Part shown: positions 12,425 through 25,182 of the stretch, in pieces
How the letters are laid out: every line of letters starts with the position of its first letter
How positions within the stretch are numbered: position 1 is the first letter of the stretch
From: Candidatus Stammera capleta
Lineage (GTDB): Bacteria; Pseudomonadota; Gammaproteobacteria; Enterobacterales; Enterobacteriaceae
Direction: 5' to 3'
DNA: 64,000 bases
Assembly: GCA_036689435.1 (NCBI GenBank)
Contig: CP144822.1
Location: forward strand, 183,980 to 247,979
Position numbers and translations under genes: made by a program
Notes under the pieces: model-generated
What the model saw: only the letters and a program-made list of their open reading frames with translations
Told to the model about the DNA's origin: nothing
The model's database searches: none

Positions 12425-13588
12425 TTATTTTTCTAAAATACTAATAGCAGGTAGTTTATTACCTCCAATATATTCTAAAAAAGCTCCTCCTCCTGTAGAA
12501 ACATAAGAAATTTTATCTGTAAAAGACATTAAATCTAATGCAGCAATAGTATCACCACCACCAACTACAGAAAACGCATGACTATTAACAATAGCATCAG
12601 CAATAATTTTAGTACCTATACGAAAATTAGGAAACTCATAAACACCTACTGGACCATTCCATAAGATCGTTTTAGCTCTTAATAATAAATTAGCAATAGC
12701 GATAACTGTTTGATCACCAAAATCCATTATTTCTTCATTTTCTAAAATTTGATCTACATTTTTAACTAGTGATACAGTTTCAGATGTATGATCCAAACCT
12801 ACTCTACTATCTATAGGTACGAAAACATTATAATTATTACGTAATTCCTTTGCTTTAACTAAAAAAGAATGTTCATATAAAGATTTACCTACTGGATAAT
12901 CTATAGCAATAAATGTATTAGAAATACCACCACCGACTATTAAAGTATCTGAAAGTTTAGCTAAATTTTTTAAAACCTTAAATTTAGTAGATACTTTAGA
13001 ACCTCCTACAATAGAAATCATAGGTCTCATAGGATTAACCATTACTTGATTCAAAGAAGTAATTTCAACTTCTAATAAATTACCCATACATGATTCTTTT
13101 ACATATTTTACTATACCATATGTAGAAGCATGTTTACGATGAGCAGTAGCAAAAGCATCCATAATAAAAATATCACAAAATGAAGCATATATTTTAGCTA
13201 ATTTTTCATCATTACTTATTTCACCTTTATTAAATCTAACATTTTCTAACATAACTACTTGATGATTATTATCAGATAAAATAATATCTGGATTATTAAT
13301 ATAATTACTAATTAAAGGTATTGGGATACTTAATAAGATTTCTAATTGTTTTACTATAGGAAAAACCGAATAATTCACATCATAAATACCTTCTATAGGT
13401 CTACCTAAATGAGTAGCTAAAATAATCTTAGTATTTTTTTGATGCATAACTTCTTTTATAGTAGATAAAGATGATATAATCCTTTGCATAGAAAGAATTT
13501 TATTCTCTTTTAAAGGAACATTCATATCTACCCTAATAAAAATTCTTTTATTACATAAATTTAAATCTCTAATTTTCTTTATAGACAT
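12425..13588 (-). CDS. pgk: Phosphoglycerate kinase (387 aa)
   Basis: This is an uninterrupted ORF with FIRVDMNVP, ATHLGRP, AFATAHR and STGGGAFLE motifs. Confidence 0.95.
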   Translation of the reverse strand: MSIKKIRDLNLCNKRIFIRVDMNVPLKENKILSMQRIISSLSTIKEVMHQKNTKIILATHLGRPIEGIYDVNYSVFPIVKQLEILLSIPIPLISNYINNPDIILSDNNHQVVMLENVRFNKGEISNDEKLAKIYASFCDIFIMDAFATAHRKHASTYGIVKYVKESCMGNLLEVEITSLNQVMVNPMRPMISIVGGSKVSTKFKVLKNLAKLSDTLIVGGGISNTFIAIDYPVGKSLYEHSFLVKAKELRNNYNVFVPIDSRVGLDHTSETVSLVKNVDQILENEEIMDFGDQTVIAIANLLLRAKTILWNGPVGVYEFPNFRIGTKIIADAIVNSHAFSVVGGGDTIAALDLMSFTDKISYVSTGGGAFLEYIGGNKLPAISILEK

Positions 13589-13791
13589 ATATATTTATCA
13601 CAAAATATTAGTACAAAAATTCTTATTTTTATTAAAATAATATAAAACTACTTTTAATATAGACAAAATTTATTTTAACATAAATTACTAATAAAAAAAA
13701 AATAAATAACTATTTATATTTCATATATATAAAAAATATTAATTATTAATTTAAAAATAAAATTAATAATTAATTGTATATAATTTATAGA

Positions 13792-14316
13792 TTATAAAAT
13801 ATATTTTCTTAATTCTTTATATAATTTTTTTATTCATATATATACTCTTTTAGGACTTAATAACGATTGATTATCTTCATCTAATACTAAACCTAAAAAA
13901 GTTTTTTTATCTAATAAAATTTTAGAATAATTAAATTTATAACCTATATTAGGTCAATAACCTATAATATTAGCTTTTTTAATCAAAGCAATTTTATGTA
14001 AAATATATAAAGCATTACAAAAATAATTACTATAAATAATTTGATTACCACAACCAAAAAAAGCAACATATTTACCTAAAAAAGATAATTTTCTATATGA
14101 ATATAAAAAATTTTTCCAATCATATTGTAATTCACCATAATATCAAGTTGAAGTACCTATTATCCATATATCATATAATTTTCAATCACATATTTTACAT
14201 ATACTAACATCATATACATGAGTAATAAAATATTTCTTTATTTCTCGTTCAATTAATTCTGCTATTTTTTTAGTATTACCACTACTACTACCATAAAAAA
14301 TACCTACCTTACACAT
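13792..14316 (-). CDS. fldA: Long-chain flavodoxin (174 aa)
   Basis: The sequence MCKVGIFYGSSSGNTKKIAE..GTSTWYYGELQYDW..FFGCGNQ..YFCNAL..GYWP aligns along its length with E. coli FldA. The gene is missing from the track because of in-frame TGA codons. Confidence 0.85.
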
Positions 14317-14365
14317 AATATGTCCTATTAATTTATACTAAATATATTATTAATAAATATATATT

Positions 14366-15277
14366 TTATATATAAAACAAAGAAAAATCATAAGCTATTT
14401 TAGTATTAGGAAAAATTTTAATACATTCTTTTAAAAAACACTTAATTTGATAATACGTATATCTAGTACTAAAATGTGTAAGAATTAATTTTTTTACATG
14501 AGCATATTTAGCTAATAAAGCTGCTTGTTTATTAGTAGAATGTCCTCTTTCATTAGCAGTATATACTAATATATGATGTAAAGTAGATTCATGTACTAAT
14601 ACATCTACTTTATTAATAAAATTTTTTAAATTTAAAAAAGGCCTAGTATCTCCTAAAATAACAAAACTTTTCCCTTTACTATAGGGAGTAATATAATCTA
14701 TATATTTTAATAAAACATCATTAAATAATATATTATATCCTTTCTTAATAATTTTATAAATAGGTCCAGGATAAATACCTTTTTTAACTAATTTATTAAC
14801 TTTTATATGACCTTGCTTATCATACTCTTCTATTTTATAACCATAACATTCTATTGTATGTCGTAATAAAAAAGCAGTTACTTTTACCTTATTACTATTA
14901 AATATTTCACCTTCTTGTATTTCATAAATATCTAAAGGAAAATTAATATATGAGTTACTAAACTTTAAATTTTTTATTACATAAGATTTTATACCTTTAC
15001 CACCATAAATTTCTAATTTACTACTAGATGTATTAATAGATCTACTAGTTAATAAACCAGGTAACCCGAAAATATGATCACCATGCATATGAGTAATAAA
15101 AATTTTTTTAATTTTATTTAATTTAATTGATGTATGTAACAATTGATGTTGTGTAGCTTCCCCACAATCAAATAACCAAACATTACAATTTAATTCATTA
15201 AACACTAAAGCTATACTTGTAACATTTCTATTAATACTAGGTGTTCCTGCACTCGTACCTAAAAATTGTATAAACAT
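14366..15277 (-). CDS. rnz: Ribonuclease Z / RNase BN (303 aa)
   Basis: The protein starts FLGTSAGTPS, carries the metallo-beta-lactamase motif HMHGDH, and ends with ILTHFSTRY. Confidence 0.88.
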   Translation of the reverse strand: MFIQFLGTSAGTPSINRNVTSIALVFNELNCNVWLFDCGEATQHQLLHTSIKLNKIKKIFITHMHGDHIFGLPGLLTSRSINTSSSKLEIYGGKGIKSYVIKNLKFSNSYINFPLDIYEIQEGEIFNSNKVKVTAFLLRHTIECYGYKIEEYDKQGHIKVNKLVKKGIYPGPIYKIIKKGYNILFNDVLLKYIDYITPYSKGKSFVILGDTRPFLNLKNFINKVDVLVHESTLHHILVYTANERGHSTNKQAALLAKYAHVKKLILTHFSTRYTYYQIKCFLKECIKIFPNTKIAYDFSLFYI

Positions 15278-15763
15278 TTATTTTAAAAGAGTAAATTTAT
15301 AATTTATACATATAAATGAATATTTATTCATAATATAATTAATTATATTTAACTATTAATTTATATACAAAAAATATTTTTGTATGAATATATAATTATT
15401 TAAAGACATAAAAAATTATATTTAATACCATTATATTATTTAAATAATAATTATTTTATAATAATCATTAAAAAATTTTTAATAATATTATATTAAGAAT
15501 AATTTTTATTATTTAACCATATTAATATATTATTAATAATTATTTTTATATAAAAATTACTATTTTTTTTAAACTACTGTATAATTACATTATCAAAAAT
15601 AACTAATATAATTACAAAATGTAAAAAAATAAAAATATATATTTTTTTATATTAAAAAAAATATCTAAATAATATATACATATAACCCCCATATATTAAT
15701 ATCATATTTATATTAAAATATAAACAACTTTTATTATTAACAATTTAATATTATATTACTGAT

Positions 15764-17389
15764 ATGTATATCAATAAAAGTTTTTTAGACAAAATTATTA
15801 TTAACCATCTTAAAAAAAATAAAAAATTACAAATCACAACCAGATTTCCTCCTGAACCGAATGGATATCTACATATAGGACATGTTAAAGCTATTTTTAT
15901 TAATTATTATATCTCTAATAAATATAATGGTAAATGTATTTTAAGATTTGATGATACTAATCCTAATACAGAAAAAAAAAAATATGTGAAATCTATTTTA
16001 AATGATTTAAAATGATTAGGATTTAATTTTCATAAAATTACATATACTTCAAATTATTTTAAACAATATTACAAATACGCAATTCAATTAATATATTCTA
16101 ATTTAGCTTATATAGAAGAATTAAATCAAAAAGAAATAAAAAAATACAAAGGAACATTTATTACTACAGGTAAAAATAGTCCTTATAGAAATAGAACAAT
16201 ACAAGAAAATCTTACACTCTTTAAAAAAATGAGAGAAGGTTTTTATAAAGAAGGTACAATGTGTTTAAGAGCTAAAATTAATATGTCTTCTCCAAATATT
16301 TTATTAAGAGATCCTATTTTATATAGAATTAAATATAAAAAACATTATAAAACATCAAACCAATGATGTATATATCCTATGTACGATTATGCTCATTGTA
16401 TAGCTGATTATTTAGAATACGTTACTCATTCCTTCTGCACATATGAATTTATTAATAATAAAGAATTATATGTATGAATATTAAATCATATCAAAACTAA
16501 ACATTGGAAACCTCAACAATATGAATTTACTAAATTAAATTTAACCTATACATTAACATCTAAACGTCAAATAACACAATTAATAAAAAAAAAAATTATT
16601 CACAAATGAAATGACCCAAGATTAATGACTATAGCAGGTATGAAAAATAGAGGTTATACACCAAATAGTATCATAAAATTTTGTTCTCTTTTAGGTATCA
16701 GTAAACAAGAAAATATAATTAATATATCTATATTAGAAAATACTTTACGAAAAGAACTTAATAAAACTACTCCTAGAAGTATGGCTGTATTAAACCCTGT
16801 GAAATTAATTTTAGTTAATTTAAAAAAAACATTTACTTTAAAAATTAAAATACCTATTAATCCTAATAATAAAAATGGTAGTAAACACTATATATATTTA
16901 ACACCAATTATTTATATAGAAAGAAAAGATATAATAAAAATTATTTCTCATACTATTAATAATAATAATACAATTATTAATTATCCAATTAAATTAAAAT
17001 ATACTGGTTTTATTAATATACTTCATATTAAAAAAAATAAAAAAAACAATCATATTAAATATATTAAGTGTTTTTTCTATATAAAAAAAAAATATAACAA
17101 AAAAAATCTTCATATTATTCATTGAATATCACAAAAATATGCATTAACAACTAAATTTTATTTATTTCATTATTTATTAAAATACAAAAATAATAATATA
17201 ACTAATATTTCTGATATATCAAAAATAATAAATTCAAAATCTATAACAAAATATACAGGATATACTAATATATTACATCAAAATTATAAATGTTTACAAT
17301 TTGAAAGACTAGGATATTTTAAACTTAATCATAATAAATGATATAATCAAAAACCATATAAAATATATAAAAGAATATTATCATTATAA
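15764..17389 (+). CDS. glnS: Glutaminyl-tRNA synthetase (541 aa)
   Basis: Motifs [47 protein letters not shown] and [19 protein letters not shown] are present. The frame continues across TGA codons and I checked it by hand. Confidence 0.9.
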
Positions 17390-17431
17390 TTAATACAATA
17401 TTTTATTAATAGATCAAACATATAATAATTC

Positions 17432-18154
17432 ATGATTTATTTAACACAAATACTTAATTTATATTTTAATAAATTTTTTTTTATTTATCATAAAAAACAT
17501 ATTACTTTTATAAAAAAAATAATTTATAAAACATTTATTAATGAGAATATCATTAAATATATTTATAAAACCTTTAAATGTAAAATTACTAATATATATA
17601 ATACTAAACTAAAAAAAAATATATCAACTCAACATATAATAATTAAAATAAATACTAATAAATATATTAAAAATAAAGTTATTAATAAGAACTTGTATCA
17701 AAAAAAAAAAATTAATAATAATATAATTATTATTAATATAAATTATGAATATAATATTAAAAAAAAAATTCTTATTTGAAATGTACATATATCTTTATCT
17801 ATACATTTTATATACTATATTTACAAATATATTAATAAATTAATAAATTTGATTAAACCCAATATACTCAGATCTTATCATCATATAATATATTATCCAT
17901 ATAATATACTTAAAAAAATATTTTTTTTACCAAAAATAATATCTTTACGTACAAATATTCATAAAATAATTAAACAACAATATGATATTTACGAAACAAC
18001 TTTATATCATGAAAATTTTTTTTACACTAAAATAATTAAAAAAATACATACCAATACAATTTTTAATTGAGAATATCAATATTACAAATATAATAAATTA
18101 AACCTAACATGACTAAATTCATATTTAAATAATTACATAAATAAATATTATTAA
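17432..18154 (+). CDS. Hypothetical protein (240 aa), Lys/Ile/Asn/Tyr-rich, with no recognisable motif
   Basis: The 241-codon frame is free of TAA/TAG, and its three in-frame TGA codons lie at 17777, 18068 and 18110. Such an open frame is very unlikely by chance in DNA this AT-rich. It joins track ORFs 17432 and 17849. Confidence 0.5.
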
Positions 18155-18175
18155 AAAATAAAGACAATCATATAA

Positions 18176-18928
18176 TTATAATGTTAATATTTGATAACCA
18201 ATATCTGTTACTAAAATAGTATGTTCATATTGTGCTGACAAACTACCATCTAATGTTTTTACAGTTCATCCATCATTCATTACATATGTTTTATCACTAC
18301 CTATATTAATCATAGGTTCAATAGTAAATACCATACCTTTTTTAAAACATAATTCATTATTATCAATATAATAATGTAATATTTGTGGATCTTCATGATA
18401 TTGCCTACCTATACCATGACCACAATAATCTTTAACTATAGAATAACCATACGGTTTTACATAATCTTGTATAATTTTACCAATAATATTAATTTTATAA
18501 TTAGGTTTAACATATTTTAAAGCTAATTTAATACTATTTTTTACTACCCTACATAAATTTAATGTTATAGAATTAGGTACCCCTACAAAATACATTCTAG
18601 ACATATCAGAATAAAAATTATCTTTTAAAATACCTACATCAATATTAATAATATCCCCATTACGCAATATATCTTTTTTATTAGGAATACCATGACATAC
18701 TACATCATTTATAGATGTACAAATAGATTTAGGAAAACCCATATATCCTAAAGAAGCAGGATATGCATGATGTTTTTGTACAATACGTTTATAACATATT
18801 AGATCTAAATCATATGTACTCACACCTTCTTTAATATATTGTCCAATATAAGATAAAATATCAACAGCAATTTTACTAGCAACAATAATTTTTTTAATAT
18901 CTTGATGATTTTTAATAAATATAGACAT
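18176..18928 (-). CDS. map: Methionine aminopeptidase type I (250 aa)
   Basis: The motifs VCHGIP, DIINIDV, GHGIG and FTIEP are present. The C-terminus GWTVKTLDGSLSAQYEHTILVT appears after read-through of the TGA. Confidence 0.92.
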
Positions 18929-19075
18929 ATAATTATATCCATAATATAAAAAAGAAATAAATTATCATTAATAACTAAAATCAATTATATGATATATTAT
19001 ATACTAAATACATATCTATTTCATGTAAATATTTAGTACAATATAAAATTAAATAAAATATTATAAAATAAATAT

Positions 19076-19753
19076 ATGTTTAAATTTAAAATTAAAGAAA
19101 TGATTAAAGCTGGTATTCATTATGGACATTTAACTAAATATTGGAATCCTAAAATGAAACCATATATATATAATATATATAATAATATACATATTATTAA
19201 TTTAGAAAAAACTGCTTCTTTATTTAAAAAAGCTTTAATTAACATAGCACAAATAACTAAAAATAATAAAAAAATTTTAATGATAGGTACTAAAAAAAAT
19301 GCAAGTAAAAATATCAAAAAAACAGCTTTATTATGTAATCAATATTTTATAAACCACAGATGATTAGGAGGTATTTTAACTAATTGGAAAACAGTTCAAA
19401 AATCTATTAAATATTTAAATTTTTTAGAAGAACAAAAAAAAAAAGGTATTTTTAATCATTTAATTAAAAAAGAATTATTATTAAAAGAAAAAAAACTCAA
19501 AAAACTTAAAAAAACATTAGGTGGTATTCAAAATATGAATAATCTACCAGATGCTATATTTGTTATAGATGCTTTACATGAAAATATAGCTATTAAAGAA
19601 GCACAATCTTTAGGTATTAAAATATTTGCAGTAATTGATACTAATAGTAATCCTGATACTATAGATTATATAATACCAGGTAATGATGATTCAAAAAAAT
19701 CTATTATATGATATTTAAAACAAGTATCATTAGCTATTCATACTAAATTATAA
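19076..19753 (+). CDS. rpsB: 30S ribosomal protein S2 (225 aa)
   Basis: The sequence MIKAGIHYGHLTKYWNPKM.. is recognisable. The ORF continues through the TGA at 19361 (RWLGGILTNW). Confidence 0.92.
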
Positions 19754-19758
19754 TATTT

Positions 19759-20565
19759 ATGAATAATATTAACTATACATTTTTAAAAAAACTAAGAAAA
19801 AAAACTAATATAAGTATATATAAATGTAAAAAAGCTCTTAAAGAACATAATAATGATTATAAAAAGGCATTAACAAGTTTAATTAATTTTAATACTATAA
19901 ATAATAACAATAAAAATAATATACCAATACCTAAACAAGGTGTAATAAAAATTAAAAAAAAAAAAAACCAATTAGCATTAATACAGATTCACTGTGAAAC
20001 AGATTTTGTACTAAAAAACAAACTTTTTATTAAACTTACTAATAAAATACTTACATTTATCTTTCAAGAAAAAAATTCTAATTTAAATAATATTACAACA
20101 AAATTTAAAAAACAAATTAACTGATTAATAAACATAGTTAATGAAAATATCGTGATAACAAATGTTTTATATATACAACATCCATACTTCGGATATTATG
20201 TACATAATAATTACAAAATAGCCACTATTATACTATATACTAGTACTAATTATAGTTATATACAAAAAAAAAAAATAAAAAAAATAGCTATGCATTTAGC
20301 TGCTATTCCCTATAAATATATATATAAAAAACAAATTCCTATTAAATATTTAAATCAATTTAAAAAAAATATTATTCAACAATATAAAGAAAAATATAAA
20401 AAAAATATTAGCCTAAATAAATTTAAAAAAAAACTAAATAATATGTACAAACAAAATATATTCGTAGAACAATCATTTATTTTTAATACTAAAATAACTA
20501 TTCAAAACTATTTAAATAAATATCATCTACAAATTCAATATTTATATAAATATCACATTAATTAA
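19759..20565 (+). CDS. tsf: Elongation factor Ts (268 aa)
   Basis: The N-terminal UBA-like segment LKKLRKKTNISIYKCKKAL and the motif HCETDFV are present. Two track ORFs share one frame, and the gene follows rpsB. Confidence 0.88.
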
Positions 20566-20686
20566 TATATTTATATTTACTAAAAATACTTAAATAAATA
20601 TCAATATAATCATATATCAAAATATATATTATTAACAATATATACATATATTATTTATATTAATGATATAATTAATTTTATAATAA

Positions 20687-20769
20687 GGAGGTATGGCTGA
20701 GTGGTTTAAAGCAGCGGTCTTGAAAACCGTCGACGATTTCGTCCGAGAGTTCGAATCCCTCTACCTCCG
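20687..20769 (+). tRNA. tRNA-Ser (anticodon UGA), with a long variable arm
   Basis: The sequence GGAGGTA..GCGGT-CTTGAAA-ACCGT..long arm..TTCGAAT..TACCTCC-G is closely similar in layout to E. coli tRNA-Ser(UGA). Confidence 0.88.
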
Positions 20770-20794
20770 TCTTTTAAAAAAAAATTAATAAAAT

Positions 20795-21538
20795 ATGAAT
20801 AATTGACAATTAGAAAAAATAATTAATAAATACTTAAATAAAAAATGTTATAAAGATATTGCTCATAATGGTCTACAAATTACAGGTATAAAAAAAATTA
20901 ATAATATCTTAATGGGAGTTACTGCTAATTTAAATCTTATTAAAGAAGCTATACATCATAAAATAGACACTATCATTGTACATCATGGATTAATTTGAAA
21001 TAATTCACCTAAAAATATTTTTGGTATACAAAAAAAAAAAATAAAAAAAATATTATTACATAATATAAATTTATATGCTTGACATATCCCATTAGATATA
21101 CATCCTATTATAGGTAATAATATTTTATTAGCTAAAATACTAAAAATAAATGTTGTATATTATCCCAATTACAAATATCCATTTTTAATAGGTAAAATAA
21201 AAAAAAATATTTCATTAAATAATTTTATTAATAAAATAAAACATATATTCCCATGAAATACAAAATTATATATTAATAACATATCTACATATCATAATAT
21301 AGCAATATGTAGTGGTATAGGGACTTTATCTGAAAAATATATTTGTCAACAATATTCTATTAATACTTACCTAACAGGAGAAATTAATGAATACATATTA
21401 TCTATGTTAATAGAATATAATATTAATGTGATTCTTTTAGGACATCATTATTCTGAAATTTATGGTATTAAATTTTTAGGTAAATGAATAAAAAAAAATT
21501 TACAAATAAATACTAAATTTAAAAACATACCTATATAA
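20795..21538 (+). CDS. ybgI: Nif3/YbgI family metal-binding protein (247 aa)
   Basis: The sequence APNGLQ-like HNGLQITG, GVTAN, IIVHHGLIW, NLYAWHIPLDIHP..GNN aligns with E. coli YbgI. The two proteins are equal in length. Confidence 0.8.
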
Positions 21539-21900
21539 TATATATATAAACAAATTAATTATTAATAAATTAAATTTAATTATATAATAATCTTTATTTA
21601 TAATAAATATAATATTATTTATTTATATTTAAAAACATGTAAAGTATTTAACTAAATAAATTATATTAGTTAATAATATAACTCATATATAATTATATTT
21701 ATAAAATTTAATTTTTTTAAAAATATTAAATATAAATTTAATTACCAATTAATAATTATAATTTAATTAATATAAAATATAAATAAATAAAAAATAATTA
21801 ATATATTTATATTAATAAAAATAAAATTTTTATAATATATATAATATTTTAAATATATCTTAGTAATATATAAATCAAATTTATATATTTATATTTTTAT

Positions 21901-23643
21901 ATGAATAAACATATTAAAAAAAAAATTTTTCTTTTAACACAATTATTAAATAAATATTCATTAGATTATAATAATCTTCAAAAATTACATATTAATCATT
22001 ATAAATATGATATATTATTAAATAAATTAAAATTATTAGAAAAAAAATATCCTCAATATCAGTTATATAACTCTCCTAATCAACAAATATATTATGAATA
22101 CAATACAAAAAAAACTTTAATTAAACATAATATACCTATGTTATCTATAAATAGTGTTTATTCATATAAACAATTACAAAAATTTCTTGATAATATTAAT
22201 AAAAAATTTATTAATATTAAACATATATATGATTGTGAACTCAAAATTGATGGTATAGCTATAAGTATAATATATAAAAAAAAAAAACTATTTCAATCTA
22301 TGACACGAGGTAATGGAAAATATGGAGAAAATATTATAGAACATATTAAAAATATACCATGTATACCTCATATATTAAATACAAATATAAATGCTACTTA
22401 TATAGAAATAAGAGGAGAGTTATTTATTACAAAAAAAAAATTTTATATATTAAACAAATATCATAAAATAAAAAAAAAAAAAATATTTTCTAATACTAGG
22501 AATTTAGTAGCAGGAGCTATTAAAAAAACAAAAAATACTAAATTAATAGATAGTAAATTATCTTTCATAGGATATGATTTAATAATAAACAAAAAAAATA
22601 GACTAAGTCTAGAAATAAAAAATAATAAATTATTAAAACAAATCGAGAAATTAAATTTTAAAATAGATAAATATACAATTTTTTGCAAAACATATAAAGA
22701 AATAAAACAATTTTATAAATTAATTAATAAAAAAAGATCATTACTACCATACAATATAGACGGTATTGTAATTAAAATAAATAATAGAATATTACAAGAA
22801 AATATTAAATGTAATAAAAAATATATTAAATGAGCTATAGCATGAAAATTTAAATCTTATAGTGAATGAACTAAATTACTTGATATAAAATACAAAGTAA
22901 GTAAACAAGGTATAATTAATCCTATAGCTATAGTTAATACAATTAATATTAATGGAGTAAATATTAATAAAATAAATTTACATAATTTAAATTATTTAAA
23001 AAAACTATCTTTATCCATTAATGATAAAATATTAGTTAAACGTTCTGGTGATGTCATACCAGTTATTAATAAAATAATTAAAATAAATAATACTAATTAT
23101 ATTAATATACCTAATACATGTCCATCATGTAAAAAAAAATTAGATTTTAATTACATTATTCCTAAATGTAATAATAAATCAATATGTCCAGAACAAATTA
23201 TTAATTACATACATCATTTTATTTCAAAAAATGGTCTTAATATTCAAGGAATAGGTATAAAAATAACAAAAAAATTAATTAAATATAAAATTATTACCAA
23301 TATTATCGATTTATTACAATTAAAAAAACAACAATTATTATTATTACCTAATTTCCAAAAAAAACTATCTACTAAAATTATACATTCTATACAATATGCT
23401 ATTCGCAATATAAAACTATATAATTTCATATATGCTTTATCTATACCATATATAGGTATTAATACATCATATGTAATAGCAAAAAAATATATTCAGATGC
23501 AATATCTTATTAATGATAGAAAAAACAATTTTTCTAACATAAAAAAAATTGGATTATCTAAAATTAATGCCATTAAAAATTTTATATATAATAAAGAAAA
23601 TTTTTTAATACTTAAAAAATTATTAATTATATTAAATGTTTAA
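21901..23643 (+). CDS. ligA: NAD-dependent DNA ligase with no BRCT domain (580 aa)
   Basis: The adenylation motif CELKIDG, the OB-fold WAIAWKF, GDVIPVI, a Cys4 zinc finger (CPSC..C..C) and a HhH region are present. The protein ends about 90 aa short of E. coli LigA. Confidence 0.9.
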
Positions 23644-25073
23644 TTTTTAATCCAAATTAACTGTTTAGATAAAAAAATAATTTTTTTTAAAGAAATAATT
23701 AACCTATATTTAACATTTATAATCTTTAATAATAAAATTACCATATATAAATTAACAGTAATTAATTTACCTGTTAAAAAAAAACGTAAAATTAAAAAAA
23801 TTTTTTTTTTTAAAATTCAAAAAAATTTTTTAAACAATAATACAAACATTCTTTTAATATTTAATAAAGTTCATAATAATTTATTATCTAATAATTTTAA
23901 AAAATAAGATAAAATAAGATAAACATCTAAAGAATATAAATTCAATAAAATATATTTATCTATATAAAAATAATTATTATCAAATAACACACAACATAAA
24001 CTTAATTCTTGTAATGTATAAACATTACACCTAAAATAACTAATAATTTCATTAATATTTAAAATTAGTTTATAATCAATATTATTTTTTATAAAAAATG
24101 GTTTTAAATAAAATATTAATAATTTATTACTAATATTAGACAAATGATATTTATTAATCCAATATAATTTACTCGTATTAATAATACAATTAGATTTATT
24201 TAAATAACTAATATTAAATAAAGTAATCATTTCATCTAATGTAAACAATTCTTTATTATGATAAGATCAACCTAATCTTAACAAATAATTTAATATCGAA
24301 ATAGGTAACATACCTATATCAATATAATTATTTATATTAGAAATTCTATTACGTTTAGATAATTTTTTCTTATTCTTATCTAAAATTATAGGTAAATGTA
24401 TATATTTAGGTACTAACATTTTTAATGCATGTAAAAGATATATTTGTTTAGGTGTATTATTAATATGATCCGCACCTCTAATTACATGAGTAATATTCAT
24501 TAAAAAATCATCTACTGCAACACAAAAATTATAAGTAGGAATACCATTAGATCTCTGTATGATAAAATCATCCATCATAATATTTGGAATACTTATAGTG
24601 GAATATAATAAATCATTAAAAAAAATATTATTACTAGGCATTTTAAACCTAACTACATAATTTTCTGTTCGTCTATTAATAAATATTTTATCTCTACAAT
24701 AACCATCATAAAATGATCGTTTATTAAAAGATCTATGTATTAACTTTAGATTAGCTAATCTTTCATAAGAACAATAACATTTATATGCTCATCCTGTATT
24801 TAAAAGTAATTCTAAATAATATTTATATATATCAAACCTTTTAGATTGATAATAAATATGTTCATCTCAATATAATCCTAACCATTCCAATATAAATAAA
24901 ATATGATCTATATATTTTTGTCGACATCTTACTAAATCAGTATCTTCTATACGCAAAATAAATTTACCATAATTTTTTTTAGCAAATAATCAACAGAATA
25001 AAGCTGTACGTATATTACCTATATGTAAATAACCTGTAGGACTGGGAGCAAATCTAGTTTTAATATATGACAT
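23640..25073 (-). CDS. gltX: Glutamyl-tRNA synthetase (477 aa)
   Basis: The sequence begins [20 protein letters not shown], and the motifs [15 protein letters not shown] and KLSKR are present. Track ORFs 23871 and 24267 share its frame. The stop at 23640-23642 overlaps the ligA stop. Confidence 0.9.
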
Positions 25074-25182
25074 ATTTATTTGTTAAAATAAAAATTATTA
25101 ATATTCTATTAATATATAATAATATATCACATATTATAATATATATATATTATATTTACAAAACTTTTTTATATATGAATAT

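Noticed and set aside
15366-15384. The 8-bp A/T palindrome tacaaaaa-ata-tttttgta in the rnz/glnS spacer, and similar short A/T palindromes such as atgaata-t-tattcat near 15316.
   Set aside because: These are pure A/T stems of 7-8 bp with one G-C pair. They are expected frequently by chance at this composition and would be thermodynamically weak.
20687-20769. The possibility that the long-arm tRNA is a selenocysteine or UGA-decoding tRNA, given the recoding.
   Set aside because: Its anticodon is UGA, which reads UCN Ser codons, not UCA. Its architecture matches E. coli tRNA-Ser(UGA). The UGA-decoding tRNA-Trp is not in this window.
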